NCBI GenBank assembly: GCA_964590465.1
Contig: CAZPYG010000008.1
Span: forward strand, 15,418-79,417
Direction: 5' to 3'
DNA: 64,000 nucleotides
DNA from: an uncultured bacterium
GTDB taxonomy: Bacteria > Cyanobacteriota > Cyanobacteriia > Phormidesmidales > Phormidesmidaceae
A program made the translations under genes and the position numbers. A model generated the notes under the pieces. The model had not been told where the DNA came from. It saw only the letters and a program-made list of their open reading frames with translations, and did no database searches. Shown in pieces: positions 25,478-36,561 of this stretch; the stretch's first letter is position 1, and every line of letters starts with the position of its first letter.

Positions 25478-26992
25478 ATGACAAAGAAAAAAATAAAGAT
25501 ATTTGTTCTGTTTTTGATATCGGTCTCTTTGTCTTTGACTACCTTGTTAATGTTGCCTAGCTATGGCAGTCAGAGGCCAAATATTGTGACCATAATGCTG
25601 GATGACCTTGACGTTGGTCTACTGGAAAATGCCCTGGAAAATGGTTTAATGCCCAATTTTAAACGATGGTTTATTGATCAAGGGCTGGAATTTACCGACT
25701 TTAATACAACTACACCTGTTTGTGCTCCAAGTCGAGCATCTTATTTAACTGGCCAGTACGCACACAATCATAACCTAGTTGGTTTTAGAGGAGCTGAGTT
25801 CGATGACAGCAACACTTTACCCATTTGGTTAAGCAGAGCTGGCTATGAAACTGCGCATATCGGCAAGTATCTTAACGGCTATGGTAACGGCTTTAGGTCT
25901 GACGGAAGTATTCCTCCGGGATGGTCAAGATGGTGGGGACTGATTGATCCAACGACCTACAGAGTTTTCAACTTTAGGATTAGCGAAAACGGCCAAATAA
26001 AAACTTATGACAATGGTGAATACCAAACCAACATAATTTCTGACTTAGCTTTTGACTTTATAAAAAATGCTTCTGATGACAAGCCTTTTTATCTCGAAGT
26101 CATGCCGTTGGCACCCCATGTTGAGGAATATGGCTTATCGCTACCGAATTGCAGTATTGATCAACCCCAGAGGTGGGGGAAGTTTATCCGTCCTGATCCA
26201 AGTCTTGAAACGGACCATTCTGAGATTTTCGACTTCTTAGCAAGCGCTCCTTTGCCAACGAAGAACAAGTCCTCTTTCAACGAGCCCGATATTTCGGATA
26301 AACCAGTTGTTTACCGTGTGGAACTAGAGAGGATGTCGCAAAATGACATTAATTGTTTAACCAACCAATATAGGACGCGGCTAGCTTCCTTAGTATCGAT
26401 CGACGATATGATAGCTAAAATTTTTAGTTCCTTGGAGAGTAAAATCACTTTTAATAACACCCTTGTGATCTTTACTTCTGATCATGGACTTTTCCAGGGA
26501 GAACATAGACTGGCAACCAAGCGTTTTGAATACAATGAGGCGATTAGGACACCCCTTTATTTCTGGTATGCGAATCAAAAGCAACATAGTACAATTGATG
26601 CCTTAACTATCAATATAGACCTACCCATAACTATCGCGGACTTAGCAGGAGCAAGTCCAGGATTGCTAGTCGATGGCAAATCCCTGAAGCCCTTGGTAGC
26701 TGGTAGAAACATTCCTTGGCGCGACTCTTTTTTAATTGAATGTGTTCTCAATGTAAACCCCGGCCCACTTGTTGATACTAGCAGAGCTTATATCGGACTC
26801 GTAACAGCAAAGGAGAAATTTGTTGAAATTCAACCAACTCGAGAGGTTGAACTATTTGATTTGCAGTCAGACCCTTTAGAAGTTAGTAATATAGCTGGTC
26901 AGCAACCAAGACGTATCGGTGAATTGCGTAGTTTCACTAATAGTCTGAGGGATTGTGCTGGAGAAGAATGTTTTATTACAGCTTCACCTTGA
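25478..26992 (+). CDS. Cys-type sulfatase (formylglycine-dependent sulfatase family)
   Basis: Signature 'TPVCAPSRASYLTGQY' (C-x-P-x-R; Cys codon 25721-25723). 'NIVTIMLDDLD' metal-binding start. 'IFTSDHG'. Start moved to the ATG at 25478, giving the signal/TM segment 'MTKKKIKIFVLFLISVSLSLTTLLMLP'. Confidence 0.85.
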   Translation: MTKKKIKIFVLFLISVSLSLTTLLMLPSYGSQRPNIVTIMLDDLDVGLLENALENGLMPNFKRWFIDQGLEFTDFNTTTPVCAPSRASYLTGQYAHNHNLVGFRGAEFDDSNTLPIWLSRAGYETAHIGKYLNGYGNGFRSDGSIPPGWSRWWGLIDPTTYRVFNFRISENGQIKTYDNGEYQTNIISDLAFDFIKNASDDKPFYLEVMPLAPHVEEYGLSLPNCSIDQPQRWGKFIRPDPSLETDHSEIFDFLASAPLPTKNKSSFNEPDISDKPVVYRVELERMSQNDINCLTNQYRTRLASLVSIDDMIAKIFSSLESKITFNNTLVIFTSDHGLFQGEHRLATKRFEYNEAIRTPLYFWYANQKQHSTIDALTINIDLPITIADLAGASPGLLVDGKSLKPLVAGRNIPWRDSFLIECVLNVNPGPLVDTSRAYIGLVTAKEKFVEIQPTREVELFDLQSDPLEVSNIAGQQPRRIGELRSFTNSLRDCAGEECFITASP

Positions 26993-27086
26993 AAAAATCT
27001 AAGTCTCCTTGCCATGAAATCTGAATACACTTATCCATTCTTTGCTGGAATTTTATTTTTTCTATTGCACTAAGAGGTCAAGTTAA

Positions 27087-28583
27087 GTGAGTTTAAAGAA
27101 TATTTTCAACGCTTTTTTTGTATCACTAGCATTGAACCCCTTAATAAGTTTTGCCCCTTATTTAGCTGCCGAGGTGAACGAGCTTGGCCGAGCTGATCTC
27201 TCACCGAAAGCTAGAGTTTACTCAGGTATTTTGACTTCGGGATCAGATGAGTATTACAGCTTCTTCTTGGAATCAACAAACTTGGTAGAGTTAGAATTGC
27301 TAGGGTTAAGAAGGAATGCAAATTTATTACTTGCTGATGCCGAGAAAAATTTGCTTCAAAGGTCTACCAATCCAGGGACATCTAATGAATTGATTCGTGC
27401 CCAACTTGAGCCGGGTAATTATTACTTAGTAGTCCGCCCCGTCCAGTCTGGAGTAACGCCCTACGACGTCACAATCAAAGCAAACTTTATTACCGACGAT
27501 ACTGTAGTCTCTGATCCAAGGTTTTCATTTTTAGATCCAGAATTCGACCAAGTTAGTAATCGAGTTTCCTGGCAGGATGATCAGGGAAATTTGTGGGTCG
27601 CCCCTGTTGATCCTTCAACAGGAGATTTTCTGCTCAAACAAGTCAAACTGGTGGATAGGGGGCTTCCTCCAATCGTTAGCAATAGCTCAAGTGAAACTGG
27701 TGTTGGGAACGGCCCCGAATGGGCGTACGGTAGCAGGGGTTCTCAAATGGTTTACACAAAGAATATTAATGGTACCTGGGTTTTACACCGGGCATTTTTT
27801 GATGGCTCTTATTGGCAGACTGAAATCCTGTCAGACGGAGCCGGTGGTTTTGCACCGCTTGGTAGCAACGATGAAAATGATTTAGCCCCAAGAATCATTT
27901 ATCGTTTGGGGTCCCCACTCCCTGCAGGACAACGAATCGCAAGGAGAGAGGAAACTGCTTGGCGGGAAATCAGTAATCCTTTTCAAGGATCTATTTTACC
28001 TGATGCCAATTCAAGTGCTTCTTGGATACCAGGAGAAAGAGCTTTAGTATATACAAAGTTTATCAACGACATCTCTCAAGCGATAAGATTTGATATTGAC
28101 TCTAGAGAAGCTATCCAGCTCACGTCTGGCACTACTCAAATTCAGGGAGTTCGCTTCTGGAATGCACCAGAATTTGATAACGAACAACTTTTTTTGGCTA
28201 CAGAAAACTTCTCGCCGACATTAGAGGATCGGGAATTGGCACGCCAGATTGGCATATTTCGAAAGGTTTCAGGTGAATGGATGAAAATAAAAACTGTAAG
28301 ACCACCGACTAATTTGCCCTTTATCCGTTTCGTAAGAGATTTCGTTTATGATGGGCAATCTTATATCTACATGTTGGCGGTTAGGGATAATCGAAGTCGT
28401 GCCGGGGCCGAAATTTGGATCGCTGGGATAAATCCAGAATTTGATTTCTATAGACGAGTAAATAACCCAAATGTAGTAGCTCAACCAAGCGATCCTGAAC
28501 TTTATATTGGGGATTCAGAAGCGTTTATGTATTACACCGATAATTTAAATAGTGTTACCTACAGAGTTAGGACCGGTCTTTAA
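27087..28583 (+). CDS. Secreted PPC-like domain + beta-rich domain protein (paralog of 21059..22615)
   Basis: 498 aa. 'DEYYSFFLESTNLVELELLGLRRNANLLLADAEKNLLQRS...LEPGNYYLVVRP'. 'WQDDQGNLWVAPVDP' vs 'WQDRSGNLWVAPVLP'. 'GVGNGPEWA' vs 'GTGNGPEWG'. Both proteins end in 'R..TGL'. Confidence 0.6.
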   Translation: MSLKNIFNAFFVSLALNPLISFAPYLAAEVNELGRADLSPKARVYSGILTSGSDEYYSFFLESTNLVELELLGLRRNANLLLADAEKNLLQRSTNPGTSNELIRAQLEPGNYYLVVRPVQSGVTPYDVTIKANFITDDTVVSDPRFSFLDPEFDQVSNRVSWQDDQGNLWVAPVDPSTGDFLLKQVKLVDRGLPPIVSNSSSETGVGNGPEWAYGSRGSQMVYTKNINGTWVLHRAFFDGSYWQTEILSDGAGGFAPLGSNDENDLAPRIIYRLGSPLPAGQRIARREETAWREISNPFQGSILPDANSSASWIPGERALVYTKFINDISQAIRFDIDSREAIQLTSGTTQIQGVRFWNAPEFDNEQLFLATENFSPTLEDRELARQIGIFRKVSGEWMKIKTVRPPTNLPFIRFVRDFVYDGQSYIYMLAVRDNRSRAGAEIWIAGINPEFDFYRRVNNPNVVAQPSDPELYIGDSEAFMYYTDNLNSVTYRVRTGL

Positions 28584-28640
28584 AAGGGTGATTATTCCTA
28601 GTAAATCACACAGTTAGTTTCGTAACATCGAAGATGCTCG

Positions 28641-28680
28641 GAGTGTTGGGTTCCGCTAGCGCTCCACCCAACCTACGTTG
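28641..28680. repeat. Short palindromic element (GTTGGGT ... ACCCAAC), resembling dispersed cyanobacterial intergenic repeats
   Basis: GTTGGGT (28645-28651) and ACCCAAC (28666-28672) flank a GCTAGC-centred core. I recognise the 'GTAGGTTGGGT..ACCCAAC' type from memory only. Confidence 0.3.
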
Positions 28681-29505
28681 CAATACTTTCTGCTCAAAGT
28701 ACTAGTTCTACCTTATTTTGTGTGAGTTGGCGAAGCAAAAGTCTTCCCCCATTCAGCGATGATTCAATTAGCATCAATTAGCAAGTTTCGGTGCCAGTTA
28801 TTGTGGTAACGAACCTCCTACAATTGAGCAAAGGGATAAAGGCCTCCCCCATCTGCCATCAAGCAATAGCGGTCAAGGGCATCTGAGATAGGAAGGAATA
28901 GTGTTGTATCGTCAGGGATTCCAAGTGTCCGTTGTTGTTTGGTCATCGGCTCTGACTCCTGAGCGCTCTAAGTAGGCAGACGTAGATAAGCCAAGTTATG
29001 TAACAGAATGTAAAAGCCGCCAAGATATTTGCCACGCAACAGTTTTGGCTTTGTTTACAAAGTGAAACATACGTGGTTATTTCAAGCCCGGTCTACTTAA
29101 CTCAGCTTTACTCGACACAAACCTGAGTGGCACTGGGAGGGGTCTTTAAAGAGTTGAGTTGATAAGACTTAACCAATGAATTTCTCCGGTTAGGTTTTGC
29201 AACTTACAGATAGTTTAGAACTATTTGAAGTATTACTGGGTGACTGCCGTTTTATTTCCCGCGTATTGTTTTATACATAACCTTAAGCCTGTTAAGGGAT
29301 GCTTGTTGTTGTCAATAACTAAACCTACTCTCCCTCAGGCAGATAAAGAGATTCAGGCAATCAATATAAAATTTTGGCGTTATTATCAATGTTGTATAGG
29401 TGTATTCAAAGAAAACTAGCATCAAATTAATAGGTATTCGGAAACGAAGGTTGGCAGAAATTCGTCTCTCCCTAAAGAGAGATTCAATAATAGTCGGAGG
29501 CATTC

Positions 29506-31200
29506 ATGCTTAAAGGCCCAGAGGGAAGGAAAAGAGGGGTTAAGATCAGGTTAGTAGGTTTATTTACTTTAGCCTTGTTCATGGTTGCTGGGGCTAAATG
29601 TCAAGCCAATCAAGAATATTCATCGCTCTCTCCTGTGGGTAGTGAACGGCAATACGAGGTATCACAGACAGTATCGAATATTTCGACTCAATTCCTCCAG
29701 GAAAATTTTGCGGTTTCGGGGAATTTAGACCCCTTCGCTGATGATGTCAGGCCCCATACAGAAACACTGTTTATTACCGAACATGTAGGTAAGCTCTACG
29801 CTGCTACTGGACAATGGAAAAGCCCTGAACTTACAGGGGCTCAGATTTTAGTTAAAGAGAGCCCTACTGCCGACTGGCATTCGTTTAAGGATCTCGCGGT
29901 TGTAAGGGCATCTGCCCTGAGTTCCTTTGAGATCCCGGCTGAGTTAAATGAAGGTAACTCGGTTGAGGTTTTATTAGCGTTTGGTCGTGATTATCCTCAA
30001 GAATCGACTATAGAGGCCATTCAAGAGCTGCCTAAGGGGATTTTTTGGATGGTAGGGGACAAAGGAGGATTTGACAGTTTTTTTTCCCTGCCTTCAGATG
30101 GGGATATTCGTTCCTTTGGCGCAGTACAAGAAGGCAATGAATTTGCTTTCTACGCTGGGATTAATCCTTCGGGGGTGCTTAGAGGCGTTTGGGATCCTGA
30201 TACTCAAAGTATTCTTTGGGGTTCAGATATCGAATTGTCTGTCGTAGAAAACTTGTCGAATCGTGCGGTTCCTCCCATCGCCGGTAAAGTTACAGGCTTT
30301 GCTCCCTGTGGAGGGGATCTTTACGTAACTATTAGAAGAAATTTATTCAGGCGCTCTTCAGACACCGGTGAATGGAATAACATCTATTCCATTCCGGTGA
30401 CGGGGGATGCCAACAGTGGCTTTCGTGGGTTGACCTGTACCAGTGACAGCAGTGGTCAGCCTGCACTACTCATATCTGCCGAAGGTATAGGAGCAGTTTA
30501 TCGCCTAGAAAATCTGTCTGGACAACCGAATCCCATCCTAGAGTTGGACATTCGTCAAGCCATCGCCACGGCCTTAGCGCGAAGTGGAGTGGCGATTCCC
30601 CGACGGGGAGACGGCTCGGTCGGTTATGTAATATCGGCCTACAACGAGTTTACTCCGGTCATCATTAACGGCCAGGAGAAACATATGTTTGGTGTCGAAT
30701 GGGGTTACCGCGGACGTGGTATCTGCCCTGAAGGATTAGTGTGTCAACCTGGACCGGGGGCTTTTGCCGCCTATGCTTGCTTCTTTGTGCGAGACGCCAC
30801 AGGCACTGATCCTCAGTATTCTTTTCAATGCTTGGGAGGAGAAGACTTTACTCCTCAACCTAACTATGAGTTACCTGTCACTCGAGGAGAAGCTTTTGTA
30901 GCTGTAAGGGCGATTCACCCTTCTCCCTGGGACCCTTCCAGAATTTATCTGGGAGGGTACGATGCTAACGACATACCGTCGTTCAATACGGCTTGGATTG
31001 GTTCCATCAGCACCCAGGATATTCGCCTGGCTGAAGAGTTTACGTTTAATCAGGGAATGTTTATTAGCGAGCCATATCTCTTAAATCCAGGAATCTACTT
31101 GGAGGAAAGCCCCCAAGAGGAAAATGCCGCACCAGAAGGAAGGCCGATGAATCCTCTCCGAAGGTTGCTGAGGAGGCTTGGCGGTAGAGGGCAAAATTAA
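29506..31200 (+). CDS. Secreted hypothetical protein (564 aa)
   Basis: Signal-like 'VKIRLVGLFTLALFMVAGAKCQA'. Scattered 'KLYAATG', 'FAFYAGI' and 'DLYVTI' segments hint at a beta-repeat fold. Arg-rich C-terminus. Confidence 0.5.
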   Translation: MLKGPEGRKRGVKIRLVGLFTLALFMVAGAKCQANQEYSSLSPVGSERQYEVSQTVSNISTQFLQENFAVSGNLDPFADDVRPHTETLFITEHVGKLYAATGQWKSPELTGAQILVKESPTADWHSFKDLAVVRASALSSFEIPAELNEGNSVEVLLAFGRDYPQESTIEAIQELPKGIFWMVGDKGGFDSFFSLPSDGDIRSFGAVQEGNEFAFYAGINPSGVLRGVWDPDTQSILWGSDIELSVVENLSNRAVPPIAGKVTGFAPCGGDLYVTIRRNLFRRSSDTGEWNNIYSIPVTGDANSGFRGLTCTSDSSGQPALLISAEGIGAVYRLENLSGQPNPILELDIRQAIATALARSGVAIPRRGDGSVGYVISAYNEFTPVIINGQEKHMFGVEWGYRGRGICPEGLVCQPGPGAFAAYACFFVRDATGTDPQYSFQCLGGEDFTPQPNYELPVTRGEAFVAVRAIHPSPWDPSRIYLGGYDANDIPSFNTAWIGSISTQDIRLAEEFTFNQGMFISEPYLLNPGIYLEESPQEENAAPEGRPMNPLRRLLRRLGGRGQN

Positions 31201-31304
31201 CCCGAACCCAAACCTTCATCAATGAAACAGCTTTACTTTTGCCCTGCCCCGTCAACGGGATGGGGTTTCTCGATGGAAATATCTTAGACAGATCCTACTT
31301 TCTT

Positions 31305-32872
<1,568 letters not shown>

Positions 32873-32904
32873 TTTTGTTAACGCACACCTGATTTCCCCT
32901 CCTT

Positions 32905-33714
32905 ATGTTTGCGCTTCGTCGTTGGTGGACAAGGCACGCCCTCAAGGTGGGAATGGTTTCTTTGGCCATTTCCTCTGCCTGGTTGTTGCGCCATAACGAT
33001 GGCGTTTTAATCTATGAAGCCTATCACTGGGTTACCCGCCCCCTACAGCCAGGCTTGAGTCGAGAGCAGCAGTTCGAGAATAGCTATATTTTGGAACTGC
33101 AGCAGCGCATTGTTGAACTGGAGAATCAAAACCGATCCCTGCAGGAGTTAGCGTCCTACGAAAACTCTCAGTCTGAATCGGTGATCACCGCTGCCATTAT
33201 TGGTCGGGGGGCAGACCACTGGTGGCAGCACGTTGTGCTGAATCGAGGGAGTCGGGACGGAGTTGTAGAAGGCTACACCGTGACCGGTCCTGGGGGGGTA
33301 ATTGGTCGGGTGGTTGCCGTTTCACCCAGTACCTCTCGAGTGTTGATGATCAGTGACCCCACCAGTCGGGTTGGGGGTAAAGTCAGCCGCAGCCGTTCCA
33401 TGGGGGTGATTCGCGGTCAGTCTACTAATCGGGGGGTCATGGAGTTTTTTGATAAATTCCCCGATGTCAAAGCCGGAGATGTGGTGGTCACCTCCTCCTA
33501 CAGTCGTCTTTTTCCTAAAGACATCCCGGTGGGGCGGGTGGAGGCCATCGATTTAACTAAGACTCCGGCACCAGAGGCGATTATTCAATTTTCGGCTCCT
33601 TTACCAGTTTTAGAATGGGTGGTCATCCATCCGTTTGAGCCTTTAGAGACCGTTGATATTCCCACCATACCCAATACCGAAGAGATAGCCCCCCTTGATG
33701 GAGTTGGGCCATGA
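32905..33714 (+). CDS. mreC: Rod-shape-determining protein MreC
   Basis: 269 aa immediately after mreB. N-terminal TM helix, coiled coil 'LELQQRIVELENQNRSLQEL', 'VVTSSYSRLFPKDIPVGRV'. Confidence 0.85.
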   Translation: MFALRRWWTRHALKVGMVSLAISSAWLLRHNDGVLIYEAYHWVTRPLQPGLSREQQFENSYILELQQRIVELENQNRSLQELASYENSQSESVITAAIIGRGADHWWQHVVLNRGSRDGVVEGYTVTGPGGVIGRVVAVSPSTSRVLMISDPTSRVGGKVSRSRSMGVIRGQSTNRGVMEFFDKFPDVKAGDVVVTSSYSRLFPKDIPVGRVEAIDLTKTPAPEAIIQFSAPLPVLEWVVIHPFEPLETVDIPTIPNTEEIAPLDGVGP

Positions 33715-34283
33715 CCACCGGTTCATCTAGGATTCATCTTCCCTGGTATCGCCAACCCTGGCTGCTCGATGCCGTTGTCACGGTGGCCTCGGTATTGGTG
33801 TGTCTGATGCTATTGCCTAGCCGTATCCCGGGCATGGAGTTATTGGGAGTGGGGCCCCACTGGTTGTTAATTTGGGTTGTGGCCTGGAGCGTTAAGCGTA
33901 CGGTGTGGCAGGGGGCTGTGGCGGGGCTGGTGCTGGGACTGCTGCAGGATGCCATGACAGCCCCTCAGCCAACCCATGTTTTGAGCCTGGTGGTGGTGGG
34001 AGTTTTGACGGCCCGGTTGCAAAAACAGCGTTATCTTCAGGAAGACATCGTTTCGGTGGCGCTGATTGTATTTGCCATGGCGGTGATTGCCGAAACGGTA
34101 TTGGCGTTGCAAATCAGCCTGGATCAGCTGCTGTCAGAAGATTCCCTGTATCCGGTTCTACCCAAAATCTGGTTGTACCATCAACGGGTAGCGTTAAGCT
34201 CAGCCATTTTAAGCAGTCTGTGGGCACCCGCCATTTACTACCCCCTCAACCGCTGGTGGGATCGCCACCAGCCTGAATCATAG
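33711..34283 (+). CDS. mreD: Rod-shape-determining protein MreD
   Basis: 190-aa polytopic membrane protein. Its start overlaps the mreC stop (ATGA at 33711-33714). Position is conserved in mreBCD operons. Confidence 0.7.
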   Translation: MTTGSSRIHLPWYRQPWLLDAVVTVASVLVCLMLLPSRIPGMELLGVGPHWLLIWVVAWSVKRTVWQGAVAGLVLGLLQDAMTAPQPTHVLSLVVVGVLTARLQKQRYLQEDIVSVALIVFAMAVIAETVLALQISLDQLLSEDSLYPVLPKIWLYHQRVALSSAILSSLWAPAIYYPLNRWWDRHQPES

Positions 34284-35012
34284 GCGGTTGCTTAACACCA
34301 CCTTTTGCTGCAGTACCTGGGCGACCTGCCATAAATTTGGCATTAAATAAGTGGGTCGAAAGCTTTGCAGATAACTACTGCTCCGAATGCCGCAGGTAAC
34401 CGCCACGGTGTCTATTCCCAGGGTTTGGCCTGCCATAATGTCGGCTTCGGTGTCCCCAATCATCCAGGTGTGGCTGAGGTCGTATCCGGTTTGCCGCTGC
34501 CGGGTGATGGCGGCCTGTAAACGCTCTACTTTGTGGTCAGGGCAATTCCGATAGGCTGACCCAGAGATTTCCATACCGAAGAGATCAGCCACAGCCCACT
34601 CAAGATGGTGGTGCCGCAAGAAATTGATCACCTGTTCCGGCGGGCGCAGGGTCACAAGCACTACACGGATGCCACATTGGCTGATCACCTCCAGACTTTC
34701 TCGGGCTTTAGGCTGGAGACGGTCGTAGTGCAGCAGACTGGCCTGGTTGACCCTGTGACTGACCGCCGCCAGAAAGCGGTCGATATCCTTCCCTGTCAAA
34801 CCTGACCAGTGGGCTATTTGCCGATCCGGAATGCGGTTTTGTTTAAACGTCCAAAACTGGGTCCGGGATAGATAACGGATACTCATGCACCTACCCTCGG
34901 CCTGGAGTACGGCACCGAGGTTTGCTAGGGTGTCACGGTAAGTTGCATAGTACCGGTGGGAAACATCTACGATCGGTCCATCGAAGTCGCAGAAAATTGT
35001 GGTTTGAGACAT
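34278..35012 (-). CDS. HAD-superfamily hydrolase
   Basis: 244 aa. Motif I 'FCDFDGPIVD'. Late motif 'MIGDTEADIMAG'. Confidence 0.75.
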   Translation of the reverse strand: MSQTTIFCDFDGPIVDVSHRYYATYRDTLANLGAVLQAEGRCMSIRYLSRTQFWTFKQNRIPDRQIAHWSGLTGKDIDRFLAAVSHRVNQASLLHYDRLQPKARESLEVISQCGIRVVLVTLRPPEQVINFLRHHHLEWAVADLFGMEISGSAYRNCPDHKVERLQAAITRQRQTGYDLSHTWMIGDTEADIMAGQTLGIDTVAVTCGIRSSSYLQSFRPTYLMPNLWQVAQVLQQKVVLSNRL

Positions 35013-35253
35013 GGGTCAGCATCCATCCCGCAAAGGCTACGGACAATCAGTCGATTCACACTTTTGGACTTGTTTGGATAACTTTTAGGGATTCTTAATA
35101 AAACGAAAAGCTTGTTCAATCTAGCAGTTCCATCTCAAAATGACTACCAGGAAATCTGTATTTTGGTCTTTGGTTTAAGAATTTAAGCCTTCCCTGCACC
35201 ATAAGAGGCTGTCTCCGTGGGAGAATGGGGGGCGCTAATGCCTGAAGGTTGAA

Positions 35254-36537
35254 ATGGCTGTGAAAGCTCTAGTAATTGGTAGCGGTGCTCGAGAGCATAC
35301 CCTAGCTTGGTCGTTATTAAACTCGCCCAATGTCAAGGAGGTGGTCTGTGTCCCTGGTAATGGAGGAACAGCAACTCTGGTTAATTGTCGCAACCTGGCC
35401 CTGACCCCCAACGACTTTGAAGGCATTGCTCGGTTTGCCCTAGTGAATAACTTTACGCTGGTTGTCGTGGGGCCAGAACAACCCCTGGCGGAAGGAATTA
35501 CTGACTTTTTGCAGGGGCAGGGGTTAAGGGTATTTGGGCCCAATCAGGCAGGGGCTCAAATTGAGGCCAGCAAGGCCTGGGCCAAGGCTCTGATGGCCGA
35601 GGCAAACATCCCGACTGCCCGTTCCAGCACCTTCCAGGAGGCTGAAGCGGCGATTGACTATGTGAAGCAAGAGGGGCCCCCCATCGTGGTTAAGGCTGAC
35701 GGCCTGGCTGCGGGTAAAGGAGTAACTGTCGCCCAAACCCTTGAGGAAGCCATCACCGCTGTGGAAGAAGCGTTTGGCGGTAAATTTGGAGCAGCGGGTA
35801 ACAGCGTCGTCATTGAAGAATTTATGGCCGGGCAGGAGGCTTCTGTCCTGGCCGTTACCGATGGCAAGACGATTCGCCCTTTACTGCCGGCCCAGGATCA
35901 TAAGCCCGTTGGGGAGGGAGATACGGGACCCAACACCGGGGGCATGGGGGCCTATGCCCCTACCCCTGTGGTGACGGCACCCTTGATGGAACGGATTCAG
36001 CAGGAGATTTTAGACCCCACGATCGCAGCCCTCCAGGCTCGGGGGATTGACTACCGGGGAGTGCTCTATGCCGGGTTAATGATTACCCCCGCTGGAGACC
36101 CTAAGGTGGTCGAGTTTAACTGTCGCTTTGGGGATCCCGAAACCCAGGCGGTGCTTCCCCTGCTGGAAACTCCTCTAGATCAGATCATGGTGGCCTGCAT
36201 TGAAGGGCGTCTGGAAGAGCATCCTCCCTTCCAGTGGAAACCCGGTGCTGCAGCCTGCGTGGTGATTGCCTCGGAGGGCTATCCAGAGAACTATCCCAAG
36301 GGCATGGAAATTTTTGGCCTGGAGGCGGCTGCGGAAAAAGAAGCCCTGATTTTTCACGCCGGAACCCAGCGTAAAGCTAACGAAATCGTAGCCAGCGGCG
36401 GTCGTGTACTGGGGGTTACAGGGTTAGGCGATACCTTTGAAGCGGCCCTGGCTAAGGCCTATGCCGCAGCTGACAAAATTTGCTTCGAGCACATGTACTT
36501 TCGGCGGGACATTGGTTACCGGGTTAAGGGTCGTTAA
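35254..36537 (+). CDS. purD: Phosphoribosylamine--glycine ligase
   Basis: 427 aa. 'VKALVIGSGAREHTLAW', 'VVKADGLAAGKGV', 'GPNTGGMGAYAP', 'FNCRFGDPETQ'. Confidence 0.95.
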   Translation: MAVKALVIGSGAREHTLAWSLLNSPNVKEVVCVPGNGGTATLVNCRNLALTPNDFEGIARFALVNNFTLVVVGPEQPLAEGITDFLQGQGLRVFGPNQAGAQIEASKAWAKALMAEANIPTARSSTFQEAEAAIDYVKQEGPPIVVKADGLAAGKGVTVAQTLEEAITAVEEAFGGKFGAAGNSVVIEEFMAGQEASVLAVTDGKTIRPLLPAQDHKPVGEGDTGPNTGGMGAYAPTPVVTAPLMERIQQEILDPTIAALQARGIDYRGVLYAGLMITPAGDPKVVEFNCRFGDPETQAVLPLLETPLDQIMVACIEGRLEEHPPFQWKPGAAACVVIASEGYPENYPKGMEIFGLEAAAEKEALIFHAGTQRKANEIVASGGRVLGVTGLGDTFEAALAKAYAAADKICFEHMYFRRDIGYRVKGR

Positions 36538-36561
36538 TTAGGAGTTATTGCCTAGGATCCG

